Counted from the first letter of the whole stretch, positions 20,192 to 33,972 are shown. The stretch is DNA of 62,686 bases, filler included, from 7 parts of 7 records of this genome joined end to end with filler, not necessarily neighbours in it; one strand, 5' to 3'. Made by a program: numbers and translations. The notes: generated by a model not told the origin, from the sequence alone.

Positions 20192-21687
20192 TGGGCGGTT
20201 TTCCCATTCTATCGGCGCTGACCTTCCTGCCGCTGGTTGGCGCACTGATCATCATGGCCGTGCGCGCAGCGACGGCTGGCAGCAGCTCGTCCGAGTCCGC
20301 CAATGAGGGGCGCACCGCACTTCTGGCTGGCCTCGTCATTTCCGGGGCGACCTTCCTCGTCTCGCTGGCGGCGTTCTTCTATTACGATCCGTCGACGCCG
20401 GGCTATCAGCTGGTTGAACAGCATGTCTGGTACCAGTCGATCAGCTACAAGCTGGGCATTGATGGACTGTCGCTGCCGCTGATCCTGCTGACGACGTTCC
20501 TGACGCCGATTTGCCTTCTGGCCAGCTGGAATTCTATCCATACGCGAGTGACGGAATATGTCGTCGCCTTCCTGGTGCTCGAGACCTTCATGATCGGCGT
20601 GTTCACCGCGCTCGACCTTGTCCTGTTCTACATCTTCTTCGAAGCCGGCCTGATCCCGATGTTCCTGATCATTGGTATCTGGGGTGGCAAGGACAAGATC
20701 TACGCCGCGTTCAAGTTCTTCCTCTACACGCTGCTCGGCTCGCTCCTGATGCTGGTCGCGGTTGTGTATATGTACATCACGGCCGGCAGCTCTGACTTTG
20801 AAGTGCTTGAGAAGTTCGCCTTTGATCCGCATGTCCAGACCTGGCTATGGCTGGCCTTCATGGCGTCCTTCGCGGTGAAGCTGCCGATGTGGCCGGTGCA
20901 CACATGGCTTCCGGATGCGCACGTTCAGGCGCCGACGGCGGGTTCGGTCATCCTGGCAGGTGTCCTGCTGAAGATGGGTGGCTACGGCTTCCTGCGCTTC
21001 TCGCTGCCGATGTTCCCGGATGCAAGCCACCTGTTCCAGCCCGCCATGTTCGCACTGGCTGTTGTTGCCATCGTCTACACATCGCTGGTCGCGTGGCGCC
21101 AGACAGACATGAAGAAGCTGATCGCTTATTCGTCTGTCGCCCATATGGGCTTCGTGACGCTCGGCGTTTTCTCTTTCACCGAAATCGGTGTGCAGGGCGC
21201 GATCTTCCAGATGATCAGCCACGGCTTCATCTCCGGCGCGCTCTTCCTGATCGTCGGCGTCGTCTACGACCGTATGCACACCCGTGAGATCGCGGCCTAT
21301 GGCGGCCTCGTTCACCGTATGCCGGTCTATGCGACCCTGTTCATGCTGTTCACGATGGCGAATGTCGGCCTGCCGGGCACGTCGGGCTTCATCGGTGAGA
21401 TCCTCACCATGGTCGGCGGCTTCCAAGCTTCGACCTGGGCGGCAGCTGGCGCTGCGCTGGGCGTGATCTTCTCGGCTGTCTACATGCTGACGCTCTACCG
21501 GCGCACCGTGTTCGGCCAGATCACCAATTCAGAGCTGAATGAGCTCAAGGATATGAACCGGATCGAACTCGTTACTATCGTTCCGTTGGCGCTGCTGACG
21601 CTGCTGTTCGGCGTCGCGCCCAACCTGATCTTTAACCTGACCGAGGGCGCTACCCAGAGCATCCTCTCGCTGATGGCCGGAGGCTGA
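20191..21687 (+). CDS. nuoM: NADH-quinone oxidoreductase subunit M
   Basis: [19 protein letters not shown] and [15 protein letters not shown] coupling with nuoL. Confidence 0.96.
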   Translation: MGGFPILSALTFLPLVGALIIMAVRAATAGSSSSESANEGRTALLAGLVISGATFLVSLAAFFYYDPSTPGYQLVEQHVWYQSISYKLGIDGLSLPLILLTTFLTPICLLASWNSIHTRVTEYVVAFLVLETFMIGVFTALDLVLFYIFFEAGLIPMFLIIGIWGGKDKIYAAFKFFLYTLLGSLLMLVAVVYMYITAGSSDFEVLEKFAFDPHVQTWLWLAFMASFAVKLPMWPVHTWLPDAHVQAPTAGSVILAGVLLKMGGYGFLRFSLPMFPDASHLFQPAMFALAVVAIVYTSLVAWRQTDMKKLIAYSSVAHMGFVTLGVFSFTEIGVQGAIFQMISHGFISGALFLIVGVVYDRMHTREIAAYGGLVHRMPVYATLFMLFTMANVGLPGTSGFIGEILTMVGGFQASTWAAAGAALGVIFSAVYMLTLYRRTVFGQITNSELNELKDMNRIELVTIVPLALLTLLFGVAPNLIFNLTEGATQSILSLMAGG

Positions 21688-21693
21688 TCGCCC

Positions 21694-23118
21694 ATGCTCG
21701 ACTTCACTGCCATGACCCTGGCGATCGGGCCGGAACTCTGGCTTGCCGCCACAGGCTTGCTGGGCGTACTGCTTGGCGCGCTGCTCAAGGACAGCTTTAA
21801 CGGACTGTCGTTCAAGTTCGGGGCGTTCGTTCTGTTCGTTGCCGCTGGAATTGCGGCTTTGACCTATCAGGGCGGCGAAGCCTTCAACGGACTTGTGGAA
21901 ACCAACACGTTCGTGAACTTCGCCAAGATCGTTTCGTTCATCGTGGGCGGACTTGCGCTAGTGATGTCGGAAGGCTTCCTGAAGCGGCACGAGACGGCAC
22001 GCTATGAATATGCGCTGCTGACGATCTTTGCTTCGCTCGGCATGGGCATCATCCTGTCCGCGTCGAACCTTATGACGCTTTATATGGGTATCGAGACGCT
22101 CAGCCTGTCGTCTTATGTGCTCGCCGCGTTCCATCGTGACTCTGCACGTTCGTCCGAAGCTGGCCTGAAATACGTGATCCTCGGCTCGCTGGCCTCTGGC
22201 ATGCTGCTCTACGGCGCATCGCTGGTCTACGGCTTCTCCGGCACAACCTTCTACGCAGGTATCGCCGCGGCGGATCCGTCCGTCGGCCTGATGTTCGGTA
22301 TGGTGCTGATGATCGTCGGCCTGGCCTTCAAGGTCTCGGCAGCTCCGATGCACGTCTGGACGCCGGACGTGTATGAAGGCGCCCCAACACCGGTTGGCGC
22401 CTTCTTCGGCGCCGCGCCGAAGATGGCTGCCATGGTTGTGTTCGCCAATGTGATGTTCCAGGTCTTTGGTGATGCGATGGACCAGTGGCAGCTAATTATT
22501 GCGATCATCGCCGGCCTGTCCATGCTGATCGGCGCCTTCGGTGGCCTGACGCAGACCAATATCAAACGCCTTCTTGGCTATTCCTCGATCGCCAATGTTG
22601 GCTATGCGCTGGTCGCCGTGGCCGCGGGCAAAGAGCTTGGCGCCGGTCCGTTGCTGACCTTCATGACGCTCTACGTTGTTTCTTCGCTTGGCCTGTTCGC
22701 AGCTGTGCTGGCGATGCGCCGGCAGGGTGGCATGGTTGAGGGCATTTCCGAGCTGGGCGGCCTGATGAGCAAGCGTCCGTTGCTCGCTATTGCGCTGTCG
22801 GTCCTGATCTGGTCCGTGGCCGGCCTGCCGCCGTTCGGCGGGTTCCTCGGCAAATGGGTCGTGCTGGAAGCAGGCGTCAGTGCAGGACTCTACCCGCTGG
22901 CGATCATCCTCGTGCTCGCTTCGGTCGTGTCGCTTGGCTACTATCTGCGCCTGATCAAGATCATGTGGTTCGATGAGCCGACAGAGCGTTTCGAAGCCAT
23001 CGATGGCTCCGTCTCGTTGGTCGTGCTGGCTTCGTCCCTGTTCGTGATTGTGTTCATGGTCTTCTTCTTCCTGCTGAGCGGGTGGGCAGATCAGGCCGCG
23101 CTGGGGATCACGGCTTGA
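21694..23118 (+). CDS. nuoN: NADH-quinone oxidoreductase subunit N
   Basis: [37 protein letters not shown]. Confidence 0.96.
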   Translation: MLDFTAMTLAIGPELWLAATGLLGVLLGALLKDSFNGLSFKFGAFVLFVAAGIAALTYQGGEAFNGLVETNTFVNFAKIVSFIVGGLALVMSEGFLKRHETARYEYALLTIFASLGMGIILSASNLMTLYMGIETLSLSSYVLAAFHRDSARSSEAGLKYVILGSLASGMLLYGASLVYGFSGTTFYAGIAAADPSVGLMFGMVLMIVGLAFKVSAAPMHVWTPDVYEGAPTPVGAFFGAAPKMAAMVVFANVMFQVFGDAMDQWQLIIAIIAGLSMLIGAFGGLTQTNIKRLLGYSSIANVGYALVAVAAGKELGAGPLLTFMTLYVVSSLGLFAAVLAMRRQGGMVEGISELGGLMSKRPLLAIALSVLIWSVAGLPPFGGFLGKWVVLEAGVSAGLYPLAIILVLASVVSLGYYLRLIKIMWFDEPTERFEAIDGSVSLVVLASSLFVIVFMVFFFLLSGWADQAALGITA

Positions 23119-23852
23119 ACCAAGCCTGGCCCGTCCATCGCTTCGATACGATAGACAGCACCAACACTGAGGCCCGGCGGCGGGCCCAGACCGGCGCGTT
23201 CGAGAATTGCTGGATCCTGGCAGACGAGCAAACGGCTGGCCGGGGCAGGCTGCAGCGCAACTGGGCCTCGCCCAAAGGCAACATCTTCACATCGGCGCTG
23301 TTCCGCGAACCGGGGGGCATCCAGGTCGCGTCTCGTATCCCATTTGCGGCGGCGCTGGCGGTCAGCGATACCGCGCTGGAATATGCGCCGGGCACGGATG
23401 TGCGCGTCAAATGGCCCAATGACGTACGTGTGAACAAAGCCAAACTTTCCGGCATCCTGATCGAAACCGGTCAAGACGAGCAGGGGCTCTGGGTCATTGC
23501 AGGCATGGGCGTGAACGTGGCTCAGGTGCCGCCAGAGGCCGGGCAGGCAGCGACTTGTCTTGCGGAGCTGTCAGGCCGGAAAGACCTTGATCATATTGAG
23601 GTATTTGGTTCTCTGACCCGCCATTTCATATCCCGGCTGGCGCAGGCGCGAGAGGGCTTCGGACCGGTACGGACCGACTGGCTCAAGCGTGCCGAGGGGC
23701 TAGGCGGTATGGTGCGGGTCTCGCCCGGTGGTGTGACGGTCGAAGGCGTGTTCGAGGATATGGCCGCAGATGGCGGGCTGATCCTCAGATTGCCGGATGG
23801 ATCGCGACAGACCATAAGGGCCGGCGATGTACATCTTATTGGAGAGGTCTGA
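23115..23852 (+). CDS. birA: Biotin-[acetyl-CoA-carboxylase] ligase
   Basis: [24 protein letters not shown]. Confidence 0.94.
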   Translation: MNQAWPVHRFDTIDSTNTEARRRAQTGAFENCWILADEQTAGRGRLQRNWASPKGNIFTSALFREPGGIQVASRIPFAAALAVSDTALEYAPGTDVRVKWPNDVRVNKAKLSGILIETGQDEQGLWVIAGMGVNVAQVPPEAGQAATCLAELSGRKDLDHIEVFGSLTRHFISRLAQAREGFGPVRTDWLKRAEGLGGMVRVSPGGVTVEGVFEDMAADGGLILRLPDGSRQTIRAGDVHLIGEV

Positions 23853-23857
23853 CGCGA

Positions 23858-24625
23858 ATGCTACTCGCTATCGACGTTGGCAACACGAACACGGTCTTCG
23901 GTATCCATGACGGAAACGCATGGGTGAACCAGTGGCGCAGTGCCACCGACCCGACAAAGACTGCAGACGACCACGCCGCTTGGCTGTGGCGGCTGGCCGA
24001 CATGCATGGGGCCGATCTCAGCCTGATCAATGGCTGTGTGATCTCGACCGTTGTACCACAAGCGGTATTCAACTTCCGCAACCTTGCCCGCCGCTACCTG
24101 CATGTGGAGCCGATGTTCATCGGCGACCCGAGCCTCAAGACGGGCATGGAAATCCGCATCAAACGGCCGGAGCAGGTCGGTGCTGACCGGATTGTCAGCG
24201 CCCTCGGTGCGCATAAACAATATCCTGGCAATCTGATCGTGATCGACAGCGGTACGGCGACCACATTCGATGTGGTCGCGGAGGATGGCGCTTTCGAAGG
24301 CGGCATCATTTCGCCAGGTATTAACCTGTCCGTGAAGGCACTGCACGATGCTGCGGCCCAGCTACCCCGCATCGCCATCCAGCGTCCGCCACAAGTTATC
24401 GGACAGGATACCATCTCGGCCATGCAGTCCGGCGTGTTCTGGGGGTACATCGACCTGATCGACGGGCTCGTGAACCGGATCAAGCAAGAGTACGGCAAAC
24501 CAATGAGCGTTGTTGCCACCGGCGGTGTGGCCTCCCTGTTCGAAGGCGCCAGCGAGACAATCGATCATTACGACCAGGACCTCCTCATTCGGGGCCTCCT
24601 GGAAATCTATCGTCTGAACAAATAG
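23858..24625 (+). CDS. coaX: Type III pantothenate kinase
   Basis: [30 protein letters not shown]. Confidence 0.95.
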   Translation: MLLAIDVGNTNTVFGIHDGNAWVNQWRSATDPTKTADDHAAWLWRLADMHGADLSLINGCVISTVVPQAVFNFRNLARRYLHVEPMFIGDPSLKTGMEIRIKRPEQVGADRIVSALGAHKQYPGNLIVIDSGTATTFDVVAEDGAFEGGIISPGINLSVKALHDAAAQLPRIAIQRPPQVIGQDTISAMQSGVFWGYIDLIDGLVNRIKQEYGKPMSVVATGGVASLFEGASETIDHYDQDLLIRGLLEIYRLNK

Positions 24626-24631
24626 GACCTC

Positions 24632-26320
24632 ATGCCCGATACAGCCTCCTCCCGGGACGAACTCGTCTTCCTGCCGCTCGGCGGCTGCGGCGAAATCGGC
24701 ATGAACCTCAATGCCTACGGGTTCGGTCCGCCGGAAGCGCGCCGCTGGATCCTGGCGGATCTGGGCGTGACGTTCGGCAGCGATGATACGCCCGGCATCG
24801 ACCTGATCTGTGCGGATCCGGACTATCTGATCGGCGAACAGATCGACGCCGTCTTCCTGACCCACGCGCATGAAGACCATATCGGCGCGGTCGGCCTGAT
24901 CTATCCGCGCCTTGGCATCAAGGCGCCGATCTATGCGACGCCGTTCACGGCGGAACTCGTCCGTTCCAAGATGGAAGAGCGCGGTGTCGACACGGCCGCT
25001 CTCAAGGTCATCTCGATGGGCGGGAAAGTGCAGGCGGGGCCGTTTGAGGTGACTTATGTCACGCTGACGCATTCCATTCCGGAGCCGAACGCGCTGGCAA
25101 TCCGCACGCCTGCGGGTCTGGTTCTCCACACGGGCGACTGGAAGATCGACCCGGATCCGCAAATCGGTTCGACAACGGATATTTCGGGTTTGACCGCACT
25201 TGGCGATGAAGGCGTGCTCGCCATGGTCTGCGATTCCACGAATGTGTTCGAGGAAGGCGAGTCCGGATCTGAAGAAACAGTCCGTCAGGGACTTGTGGAA
25301 CTGATCGCGCAGCAGAAAACGGGCGCCGTCGCCGTAACGACGTTCGCGTCCAACGTGGCGCGCGTGAAATCCATCATCGATGCGGCGGCGCAGGCAGACC
25401 GGCACGTGTGCCTTGTCGGGCGCAGCATGCACAAGATCACCAATGCCGCGAAAGCTGTCGGCATCCTGCCGCCGAAACTGGAGTTCGTGGACGAGAGCGA
25501 AGCAGGTCATTTCCCGCCGGAACACATTCTCTATCTCTGCACCGGCAGCCAGGGAGAGCCGAGGGCAGCCCTGTCCCGTATCGCGCGCGGTGACCACCGT
25601 CACGTAATCCTTCGGGAAGGCGACACGGTCATTTTCTCCTCCCGTCAGATTCCGGGGAACGAGAAGGGCATCTTCGAACTCCAGAACGGTCTGGCTGAAA
25701 AAGGCATCCGCGTGATCACGCCGCGCATGGTGCCACAGAAGATCCATGTATCGGGTCATCCGTGCCGCGACGAACTACGCCGCATGTACCAATGGGTGCG
25801 CCCGCGAATTTCTGTACCCGTGCACGGCGAACGCCGGCACATCATGGAGCATGCAGCCTATGCGCGCTCCCTTCAGGTGCCGGAGGCGATCACGCCGCGC
25901 AATGGCAGTCTGATCCGCCTCGCGCCGGGGCCGGCGGAGGTCCTAGACGAGGTGCCGGCCGGCCGCCTGTTCCTGGATGGCAACCAGCTGGTGCCGGAAG
26001 GCGCGCAGGGGATTCAGGAGCGCCGGAAACTATCCTGGAACGGGGTGGTGTTTGCCAGCGTCTCGCTCGACGGACACGGCAATGTCATGGATGGGCCGGT
26101 TGTCGTGGTGAAAGGCTTTTCGGAGCCGGACGGGCGGCTCGCAGACGAAAGCCTTGAAACCCTCGATAAGGCAGCCGACATTGCTATCAGCAATATGAAA
26201 CGCAAGGACCGCTTCGATGACGATGCGGTCGAGCGGGCCATCGGCCGCGCGCTTCGAAAGGCCGCAGAGACAGTCTGGGGCATGCGCCCGATGATCGAAG
26301 TCGTTGTTTTGAGGACCTGA
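24632..26320 (+). CDS. rnj: Ribonuclease J
   Basis: PLGGCGEIGMN, THAHEDHIG, GSQGEP, HVSGH, PVHGE. Confidence 0.95.
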   Translation: MPDTASSRDELVFLPLGGCGEIGMNLNAYGFGPPEARRWILADLGVTFGSDDTPGIDLICADPDYLIGEQIDAVFLTHAHEDHIGAVGLIYPRLGIKAPIYATPFTAELVRSKMEERGVDTAALKVISMGGKVQAGPFEVTYVTLTHSIPEPNALAIRTPAGLVLHTGDWKIDPDPQIGSTTDISGLTALGDEGVLAMVCDSTNVFEEGESGSEETVRQGLVELIAQQKTGAVAVTTFASNVARVKSIIDAAAQADRHVCLVGRSMHKITNAAKAVGILPPKLEFVDESEAGHFPPEHILYLCTGSQGEPRAALSRIARGDHRHVILREGDTVIFSSRQIPGNEKGIFELQNGLAEKGIRVITPRMVPQKIHVSGHPCRDELRRMYQWVRPRISVPVHGERRHIMEHAAYARSLQVPEAITPRNGSLIRLAPGPAEVLDEVPAGRLFLDGNQLVPEGAQGIQERRKLSWNGVVFASVSLDGHGNVMDGPVVVVKGFSEPDGRLADESLETLDKAADIAISNMKRKDRFDDDAVERAIGRALRKAAETVWGMRPMIEVVVLRT

Positions 26321-26325
26321 GTAAC

Positions 26326-26754
26326 ATGAGTGAATTCAAGATCGGACCGTTGAACCATGTCGGAGTGGCCGTGCCGGATCTGGAAGAAGCCTGCGAAACC
26401 TATCGCACGCTCTACGGCGCGACGGACATCACCACCCCCTTCGATATGCCAGAACAGGGCGTGAAGGTCTGCTTCGTAAACCTGCCCAACAGCCAGATCG
26501 AGCTGATCGAGCCGCTGAACGAAGACTCCCCGATCCATAACTTCATCCAGAAGAACCCGAAGGGCGGCCAGCACCATGTCTGCTTCGAGGTGGATGACAT
26601 CAATGAGGCCGTCGAAGAGATGGGCAAACGCGGCGCCACCGTACTCGGCAAGCCCCGCATCGGCGCCCATGGCACGATGATCATCTTCGTTCACCCGAAG
26701 AACTCAAATGGCGTCCTGATCGAACTCATGGAAAGCCCGAAAGGCGCTCACTGA
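26326..26754 (+). CDS. mce: Methylmalonyl-CoA epimerase
   Basis: LNHVGVAVPDL, IELIEP, HHVCFEV, GAHG..IIFVHPK. Confidence 0.93.
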   Translation: MSEFKIGPLNHVGVAVPDLEEACETYRTLYGATDITTPFDMPEQGVKVCFVNLPNSQIELIEPLNEDSPIHNFIQKNPKGGQHHVCFEVDDINEAVEEMGKRGATVLGKPRIGAHGTMIIFVHPKNSNGVLIELMESPKGAH

Positions 26755-26987
26755 TGCAATTCATGAGTGGGCTGGTCGTCTTCACGATCGCCTGGTGGGT
26801 CTGCTTTTTCACGGTCCTTCCCATTGGCGTCAAAGGCCAGTGGGAAGACGGTTCGACGATTGAGGGAACCGAAGAAGCAGCGCCCAAGCACCATATGGTT
26901 GGCAAAAAAGCGCTGTGGGCCACGATGGGGGCGGTTGTGATCACGGCAATCGCCGCGGTCGTCGTGCCACGCCTGCTTGCGCAATAG
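26754..26987 (+). CDS. DUF1467 family small membrane protein
   Basis: WWVCFFTVLPIG...GT...AP; usual position between mce and proS. Confidence 0.85.
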   Translation: MQFMSGLVVFTIAWWVCFFTVLPIGVKGQWEDGSTIEGTEEAAPKHHMVGKKALWATMGAVVITAIAAVVVPRLLAQ

Positions 26988-27039
26988 GTGCCCCTGCGGC
27001 TAGGTGAGCCGCGTTTTACAACAAGTCCCCGGGGATTCG

Positions 27040-28359
27040 ATGCAGCTTTCCAGATACTTCCTGCCCGTTTCCAAGGAAGCGCCGGCAGATGCGGCCATTG
27101 TCTCGCACAAGCTGATGCTGCGCACCGGCATGGTGCGCCAGAACGGGGCAGGCATCTACACCTGGCTGCCGCTGGGCTTCCGCGTCCTGAAGAAGATCGA
27201 ACAGATCGTGCGGGAAGAGATGGACCGCGCAGGCGCTATCGAGCTCCTCATGCCGACGCTGCAGCAGGCCGACCTCTGGCGTGAATCCGGCCGTTACGAC
27301 GATTACGGCAAGGAGATGCTCCGCATCACGGACAGGCACGACCGGGACATGCTCTATGGCCCGACCAATGAAGAGCTGATCACCGATGTCTTCCGCTCCT
27401 ATGTGAAGAGCTACAAGCAGCTGCCGCTGAACCTGTATCACCAGCAGTGGAAGTTCCGCGACGAAGTGCGTCCGCGTTTCGGCGTCATGCGGGGCCGCGA
27501 ATTCCTGATGAAGGACGCCTACTCTTTCGACCTCACGGAAGAGGGGGCCCGTGTCGCCTACTACAAGATGTTCTGCGCTTACCTCAACGCGTTCAGCCGT
27601 ATGGGCCTCACCGCCGTGCCGATGCGCGCCGATACGGGCCCGATTGGCGGGGAACTCAGCCACGAATTCATCATCCTGGCCGATACAGGTGAAAGCGCCG
27701 TCTTCTGTGACAAGACGCTTCTGGATATGGAGCCGCCGGGGCTGGATCTCGACTTTGAGGGCGACCTCACAGGCGAAGTGGAAAAGCGTACGCAATACTA
27801 CGCGGCCACCGAAGAGATGCATGACGAGGCGGCCTTCGCCGCCATCCCGAAAGACCGTCAGGTCTCCGCGCGCGGCATCGAAGTTGGCCACATCTTCAAT
27901 TTCGGCACCAAATATTCGAAGCCAATGAATGCCGTGGTTCAGGGGCCGGATGGCCAGATGGTGGCGGTCCAGATGGGCAGCTATGGCATTGGCGTCTCGC
28001 GCCTTGTCGGCGGCATCATCGAAGCCTGCCATGACGATAATGGCATCGTGTGGCCGGAATCGGTTGCGCCGTTCCATGTCGGTCTGATCAACATGCGCGT
28101 TGGTGACGAAGGCTGTGACAAGGCCTGCGGCGATCTCTACGAACAGCTCGAAGCCGCTGGCATCGACACGCTGTATGACGACACGGATGACCGTGCCGGT
28201 GCAAAGTTCGCGCGGATGGATCTGATCGGCCTGCCATGGCAGCTGGTGATTGGCCCCAAAGGCCTTGAAAAGGGCATCATTGAAGTCAAGAACCGCAAGA
28301 CCGGCGAGAAGGTAGAACTGCCCTTCGCCGATGTCGTTGCAAAGGTTGCGCCCGCATGA
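27040..28359 (+). CDS. proS: Proline-tRNA ligase
   Basis: [48 protein letters not shown]. Confidence 0.97.
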   Translation: MQLSRYFLPVSKEAPADAAIVSHKLMLRTGMVRQNGAGIYTWLPLGFRVLKKIEQIVREEMDRAGAIELLMPTLQQADLWRESGRYDDYGKEMLRITDRHDRDMLYGPTNEELITDVFRSYVKSYKQLPLNLYHQQWKFRDEVRPRFGVMRGREFLMKDAYSFDLTEEGARVAYYKMFCAYLNAFSRMGLTAVPMRADTGPIGGELSHEFIILADTGESAVFCDKTLLDMEPPGLDLDFEGDLTGEVEKRTQYYAATEEMHDEAAFAAIPKDRQVSARGIEVGHIFNFGTKYSKPMNAVVQGPDGQMVAVQMGSYGIGVSRLVGGIIEACHDDNGIVWPESVAPFHVGLINMRVGDEGCDKACGDLYEQLEAAGIDTLYDDTDDRAGAKFARMDLIGLPWQLVIGPKGLEKGIIEVKNRKTGEKVELPFADVVAKVAPA

Positions 28360-29642
28360 GTCAGGCCGCTGCGCCATTCGGACGTCTCGAACGAACCCTG
28401 GCCTGGCGGTACCTGCGCGCCCGGCGTGAACATGGCGGTGCGAGCCTGATCTCGGTCATCTCCTTCGTTGGCATCTTCTTTGCCGTCGCGGCGCTGATCA
28501 TCACCATGTCGATCATGAGCGGTTTCCGCGCGACACTGCTGGACGCGCTGCTGGGCGGCCAGCCGCATGTCTATGCGGTCGTCAATCAGTACACAGAGGC
28601 CGAAGCCGAAGCGCTTGCCGACAAGATCCGCGAGATCCCCGGGATCACGAGTGCATCGCCCTATATCGAAGAATACGTCCTCGTCACCGCCAATGGCCGC
28701 AAGACCGGCGCCGTCGTCCGCGCGATGCGCAACGAGGACCTGTCGACCCTCGCATTCCTGAAAGACCATGGACAGGCCGCCATCAATGCCGGGTTCGGCG
28801 TCGGCAAGAATGGTGGCAACACGATCATGATGGGCTCTTTCCTGGCGGCGGGCCGGGAAGGGCTGGGCGTGATCCCCGGTGACAAGGTCGAGATCATCAC
28901 CACCGGTACGAATGCCAGCGTTATGGGCGCCACGCCGCGTTCAAAAGCCTACAAGGTAGGCGAGATTTTCTCCACCGGCAGTGTCGAGCTCGACATGGCC
29001 TATATCTTCATGCCGATGGACCAGGCGCAGATCCTGTTCCAGTCCAAGGATCATTACCAGATGCTGGACATCCGGCTGAAGGATCCCGACAAGACGCAGG
29101 AGGCCATGCAGGCCATTGCGCTCGCCACCGGCAATGCCGTGCGGATGTATGACTGGAAGAGCCAGCGCGCCGCCTATCTGAACGCCCTGAAAGTGGAGCG
29201 GACCATGGTGCGCCTGCTTGTTATGGTGATCATGGGCATTGCCACGCTGAACATCATCGTCGGTGTCGTTATGCTGGTGAAGAACAAGACCCGTGACATC
29301 GCCATCCTGCGTACCATCGGCCTTGGCCGGGGCGGGGTGCTGCGCGTGTTCCTGATGGTCGGCACGGTGCTGGGCATGCTGGGCGCAACACTGGGCATGA
29401 CGGTCGGCGTGCTGTTCATCCTGAACATTGGCGCCATTGAAGCTTTCATCAATCTGTTCATGGACGGCGGTAAAGTGTTCGACGCGGAGACCTATGGCCT
29501 CGCGCACCTGCCGGCGATCCTTGACTGGGGCGACGTGTTCCGCACGGGCCTCTATGCGCTCGGCATGTCGGCCGGTGTGTCCCTCATCCCGGCCTGGTGG
29601 GCCTCCCGTCAGGATCCGGTCAGCGCGTTGAGGTTCGAGTGA
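28356..29642 (+). CDS. lolC: Lipoprotein-releasing ABC transporter permease (LolC/E)
   Basis: [29 protein letters not shown]. Confidence 0.9.
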   Translation: MSQAAAPFGRLERTLAWRYLRARREHGGASLISVISFVGIFFAVAALIITMSIMSGFRATLLDALLGGQPHVYAVVNQYTEAEAEALADKIREIPGITSASPYIEEYVLVTANGRKTGAVVRAMRNEDLSTLAFLKDHGQAAINAGFGVGKNGGNTIMMGSFLAAGREGLGVIPGDKVEIITTGTNASVMGATPRSKAYKVGEIFSTGSVELDMAYIFMPMDQAQILFQSKDHYQMLDIRLKDPDKTQEAMQAIALATGNAVRMYDWKSQRAAYLNALKVERTMVRLLVMVIMGIATLNIIVGVVMLVKNKTRDIAILRTIGLGRGGVLRVFLMVGTVLGMLGATLGMTVGVLFILNIGAIEAFINLFMDGGKVFDAETYGLAHLPAILDWGDVFRTGLYALGMSAGVSLIPAWWASRQDPVSALRFE

Positions 29643-30331
29643 TGACAGCCCCTGTGCTCGAACTCTCCGGCATCAACCGTGCTTACAAGACGGCAGCGGG
29701 CGAACTGAATGTCCTGTCCGGTGCGGAGCTGAAGCTGCAGGCGGGTGAACTGGTCGGCCTGATCGGCCCGTCAGGCTCCGGCAAGTCCACCCTGTTGCAC
29801 ACTGCCGGCCTGCTGGAACGGCCGGAGGCGGGCACCGTCCTTCTGGATGGCGTCGATTGCCTGAAGCTGGACGACAAATCCCGCACTGCGCTGCGCCGCT
29901 CCAAGATCGGCTTCGTCTACCAGTTCCACCACCTGCTGCCGGAGTTCAACGCGGCGGACAATGTGGCCATGCCGCTGATGATTGCAGGCGTCAGCCGCAA
30001 GGCCGCCCGCGAGAAGGCCTCGGAACTACTGGCCGAAATGGGCCTCGACCACCGGGCCGATCACCAGCCGGGTCAGATGTCTGGCGGGGAACAGCAGCGC
30101 GTCGCTATCGCCCGCGCGCTTGCCAACACGCCGCGTCTTGTCATCGCCGACGAGCCGACGGGCAACCTCGACCCCGCGACGACCGAGCGGGTGTTTGCCA
30201 CCTTCATCAAGATGGCCCGGGAAGAGGGTGCCGCCGTGCTGGTGGCGACTCACAACCATGCCCTAACGACCCATATGGACCGCGTTCTGACGCTGGAAGA
30301 CGGAAAACTGGTTCCCTACGAACCGGAATAA
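29642..30331 (+). CDS. lolD: Lipoprotein-releasing ABC transporter ATPase
   Basis: [38 protein letters not shown]. Confidence 0.93.
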   Translation: MTAPVLELSGINRAYKTAAGELNVLSGAELKLQAGELVGLIGPSGSGKSTLLHTAGLLERPEAGTVLLDGVDCLKLDDKSRTALRRSKIGFVYQFHHLLPEFNAADNVAMPLMIAGVSRKAAREKASELLAEMGLDHRADHQPGQMSGGEQQRVAIARALANTPRLVIADEPTGNLDPATTERVFATFIKMAREEGAAVLVATHNHALTTHMDRVLTLEDGKLVPYEPE

Positions 30332-30409
30332 GCTGTGAAAACCGGGCATTGCTGTCTGGTCTGGCGAGGGCCGTCCATGCAGTTTATCCTCCCCTGAGGA
30401 GAGATTGCC

Positions 30410-33400
30410 TTGCCCGAGTCGCCCTTCATTCATCTGGCCATCCGTTCCAGCTATTCGCTGCTGGAAAGTATGATTTCGCCCAAGGACGTGAAGGCTTGGT
30501 GTGAGGAGCATCTGGTGCCTGCGGTCGCCATTACCGACCGCAACAATCTGTTCGGAGCGCTTGAAATATCCCTCACGCTTTCTGGGGCTGGAATCCAGCC
30601 CATCATGGCGTGCTGTTTCGATGTTGTGGAAGACGTGCCAAGGGCCGAGCCGTCGCGCCTGTCGCTCTACGCTCAGAACGAGACCGGCTATCGCCGCCTG
30701 ATGTACCTGTCGTCCCGGGCCTATCTGGACGCGGCGGACGGCGTACCGAAGCTCTCTCGCGCGCTGGTCATGGAACAGACCGAAGGCCTGATCGTCCTGA
30801 CCGGCGGCGCCGAGGGGGATGTTGCGAAACACCTTCTCAAAGGCCGGGTGGCAGATGCACGGACGGAACTGTCCACGCTGGCGGGCGCCTATCCGGGACG
30901 GTGCTATGTCGAGATCACGCGCCACGGCACACCGGATGAACGCGCCGTTGAAGAAGGCCTGATCGAGCTGGCCTATGAGCTGGAGCTGCCCCTGGTGGCG
31001 ACGCACGATGCGCGCTTCATGAAGGAAAGTGACGCACAGGCGCATGATGCCATGATGTGCATTTCCAATGGCGAATATCTGGGCCAACCTGACCGCAAGC
31101 AGGTGAGTGCCCAGCAGTACCTGAAGACGCCAGCGGAAATGCGGCTGCTGTTCGCGGACCTGCCGGAAGCCATCGAAAACACGGTCGAGATTGCCCAGCG
31201 CTGTTCGGTGAAGGCCGAGACGCACAAGCCGATCCTGCCGAACTTCTCGAACGAAGGCCGGTCTGAGGCAGAAGAACTGCGCAAGCAGGCGCTGGAGGGC
31301 CTCGAATTCCGTCTCAAGGAAGCCGACCAGCTGTATGCCGAGCGAGAGACCTATTTCGAACGGCTGGACTACGAACTCGGCATCATCGAGCGGATGGGAT
31401 TCCCGGGCTACTTCCTGATCGTTTCGGACTTTATCAAATGGGCCAAGGATCAGGGCATTCCGGTCGGGCCGGGCCGGGGCTCCGGTGCTGGCTCGCTGGT
31501 TGCCTGGGTTCTCCTGATTACGGATCTTGATCCGCTCCGCTTCGATCTTCTGTTCGAACGCTTCCTGAACCCCGAACGTGTTTCGATGCCAGACTTCGAC
31601 GTCGACTTCTGTCAGGAACGTCGGGGCGAAGTGATCCGCTATGTCCGCGACAAGTATGGCGCGGACTCGGTCGCCATGATCATCACCTTCGGTACGCTGC
31701 AGGCGAAGGCTGTGGTGCGCGATGTGGGGCGCGTCATGCAGATGCCTTATGGCCAGGTGGACCGTCTGGCGAAGCTGATCCCGTTCAATCCGGCCAATCC
31801 GCCGAAGCTTCAGGAAGCCATCGACGACGAGCCGAAATTCTATGAGGAAATGGACGCTGATGAGCGCGTCGGCGAACTCCTCAAGATCGCATTGAAGCTG
31901 GAAGGCAAATACCGGAACGCAGGCACGCACGCCGCCGGTGTCGTGATTGGTGACCGGCCGCTCGTGGAACTTGTGCCGCTCTACAACGATCCGAGGGCAG
32001 ACCTTCCGGCCACGCAGTTCAACATGAAGTATGCCGAGATGGCCGGACTGGTGAAGTTTGACTTTCTCGGCCTGAAGACCCTGACGGTCATCGACCGCGC
32101 TCTGAAATTCATCCGGCGGGACGGCAAGGATGTCGGCCCGGAATGGAAGAGCCTGGACGATCAGGACACGTACGACATGATGGGCGGCGGTGACACGCTC
32201 GGCGTCTTCCAGCTGGAAGGCGCGGGCATGCGCGATACGCTGAAAAAGGTGCGCCCGCACAGCCTTGAAGACGTGATTGCCATCATCTCGCTCTATCGTC
32301 CGGGCCCGATGGAAAACATCCCGGTCTATATCGAGGGCAAGGAAAATCCCGAAGGCGTCCAGTACGCCCACCCGGACCTGAAGCCTGTGCTGGAAGCCAC
32401 GTATGGCGTGCCAGTCTACCAGGAGCAGGTCATGCGGATGGCGCAGGAAATTGCCGGCTATTCGCTCGGCGATGCTGACCTGCTGCGCCGTGCCATGGGT
32501 AAGAAAAAGCTGGAAGAGATGATCGCCCAGCGCCAGCGTTTCGTCGAGGGCGCGGCAAAGAACAAGGGCATGGAAGCCTCGTTGGCCAACGAAATCTTCG
32601 ATACGATGGAGAAGTTCGCAGGCTACGGCTTCAACAAGTCCCACGCCGCGGCCTATGCCCTGATCGGTTATCATACCGGTTACCTGAAGCGCCACTTCAC
32701 GGTGGAGTTCCTCGCCGCCTCGATGAGCCTCGATCTCGGCAACACCGACAAGCTTGCCGCCTTCTTCCAGGAAGCCAAGCGGCTGAAGATCCCGGTGATT
32801 GCTCCGGACGTGAACAGTTCGACTGCCGATTTCGACGTGCGCGACGGGGCAATTGTCTACGCGCTGGGCGCGCTGAAAGGCGTTGGCCTCGAGGCAATGA
32901 AGCATGTCGTGGCGATCCGGGAAAAGGACGGCCCGTTCAAGGACATCTACGACTTCGCCGAACGGGTCGATCCGAAGCATGTGAACAAGAAGGCCTTCGA
33001 GTCCCTCGCCAAGGCCGGGGCGTTTGACTGTTTTGACAAGAACCGGGCGCGCGTGCTCGCCGGGGCGCCGATGCTGGCCCAGATGGCGGCAAGTGCGGCC
33101 GAAGACCGGATGGGTGGGCAGGGCGGCCTGTTTGGTGATGCGGAGCCGGCTTTGCGCCCGGTTCTGCCGTCGGTCAAGGCGTGGAACGGCCAGCAAAAGC
33201 TGGACGAGGAGTTCCGCTCCATCGGTTTCTATTTCTCCGGCCACCCGCTGGACGATGTTCTCTCGGGCCTCGACCGGGAGCGTATCACCCTCGCAATGGA
33301 GATCGAGGAGCGGGCGTCGGACGGAAAGCCTATCGAAATGATCGGTATCGTGCGCCTGCGCTCCGACAAGCCGGCCCGCAATGGCGGCAAGTTTGCCTTC

Positions 33401-33832
33401 CTCACCCTGTCCGATCCGACGGGGGAGGTGGAGATGATGGTCTTCCCGGAAACCCTTTCCCAGAATTACGACCTGCTGCAGGTGGGCAACGCCGTGGCTG
33501 TGACCGTTGGTGTGAAACGGAACGGGGAAGAGATCCGGCTCAATGCCGAAAGGGTCCTGCCACTGGAATCGGCCCGCCTCAGCCGGGGCATGGGGGCGCT
33601 GAAGGTGCGTCTCGCCGTGGGGGCCAACCCGGCGGAGATCGCCGGCGTGGTCGGCCACCTCGCCAAGCTGCCCGATACCGAGCGCGGTGACATTCTGGTC
33701 GAGGTGCCACTGGAGGATGGCCGGCTGGTGATTCTGAAGCTGCCGGCGACCTACACGATCAGCCTGAAAGCCCAGCGGGCATTGAAGGATGTGCCGGGCG
33801 TGGAGCGTGTGGAGCCCCTGAAAGCCGCCTGA
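30410..33832 (+). CDS. dnaE: DNA polymerase III alpha subunit
   Basis: PHP domain, [34 protein letters not shown] fold. Confidence 0.97.
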   Translation: MPESPFIHLAIRSSYSLLESMISPKDVKAWCEEHLVPAVAITDRNNLFGALEISLTLSGAGIQPIMACCFDVVEDVPRAEPSRLSLYAQNETGYRRLMYLSSRAYLDAADGVPKLSRALVMEQTEGLIVLTGGAEGDVAKHLLKGRVADARTELSTLAGAYPGRCYVEITRHGTPDERAVEEGLIELAYELELPLVATHDARFMKESDAQAHDAMMCISNGEYLGQPDRKQVSAQQYLKTPAEMRLLFADLPEAIENTVEIAQRCSVKAETHKPILPNFSNEGRSEAEELRKQALEGLEFRLKEADQLYAERETYFERLDYELGIIERMGFPGYFLIVSDFIKWAKDQGIPVGPGRGSGAGSLVAWVLLITDLDPLRFDLLFERFLNPERVSMPDFDVDFCQERRGEVIRYVRDKYGADSVAMIITFGTLQAKAVVRDVGRVMQMPYGQVDRLAKLIPFNPANPPKLQEAIDDEPKFYEEMDADERVGELLKIALKLEGKYRNAGTHAAGVVIGDRPLVELVPLYNDPRADLPATQFNMKYAEMAGLVKFDFLGLKTLTVIDRALKFIRRDGKDVGPEWKSLDDQDTYDMMGGGDTLGVFQLEGAGMRDTLKKVRPHSLEDVIAIISLYRPGPMENIPVYIEGKENPEGVQYAHPDLKPVLEATYGVPVYQEQVMRMAQEIAGYSLGDADLLRRAMGKKKLEEMIAQRQRFVEGAAKNKGMEASLANEIFDTMEKFAGYGFNKSHAAAYALIGYHTGYLKRHFTVEFLAASMSLDLGNTDKLAAFFQEAKRLKIPVIAPDVNSSTADFDVRDGAIVYALGALKGVGLEAMKHVVAIREKDGPFKDIYDFAERVDPKHVNKKAFESLAKAGAFDCFDKNRARVLAGAPMLAQMAASAAEDRMGGQGGLFGDAEPALRPVLPSVKAWNGQQKLDEEFRSIGFYFSGHPLDDVLSGLDRERITLAMEIEERASDGKPIEMIGIVRLRSDKPARNGGKFAFLTLSDPTGEVEMMVFPETLSQNYDLLQVGNAVAVTVGVKRNGEEIRLNAERVLPLESARLSRGMGALKVRLAVGANPAEIAGVVGHLAKLPDTERGDILVEVPLEDGRLVILKLPATYTISLKAQRALKDVPGVERVEPLKAA

Positions 33833-33924
33833 TGCTCCATCCGGGGCATGCGGGGATCATGACATGGTCCGGTATAGTCCTGAAATGGTCACTGGTAGTC
33901 CTGCCAAAACAGGCGTCAGACCGC

Positions 33925-33952
33925 TTGCCCGGCAGGGGAATATCTGTATAAG
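33925..33952 (+). promoter_or_regulatory. Sigma70-type promoter of rpsB
   Basis: TTGCCC-N16-TATAAG about 100 nt before the rpsB ATG. Confidence 0.55.
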
Positions 33953-33972
33953 CCGGCTCATCTTAAACCAGT

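Noticed and set aside
30263-33658. 1131-aa antisense ORF over dnaE (and similar ones over nuoL, rnj, proS, nrdJ)
   Set aside because: Shadow ORFs caused by high-GC codon bias; no protein motifs.
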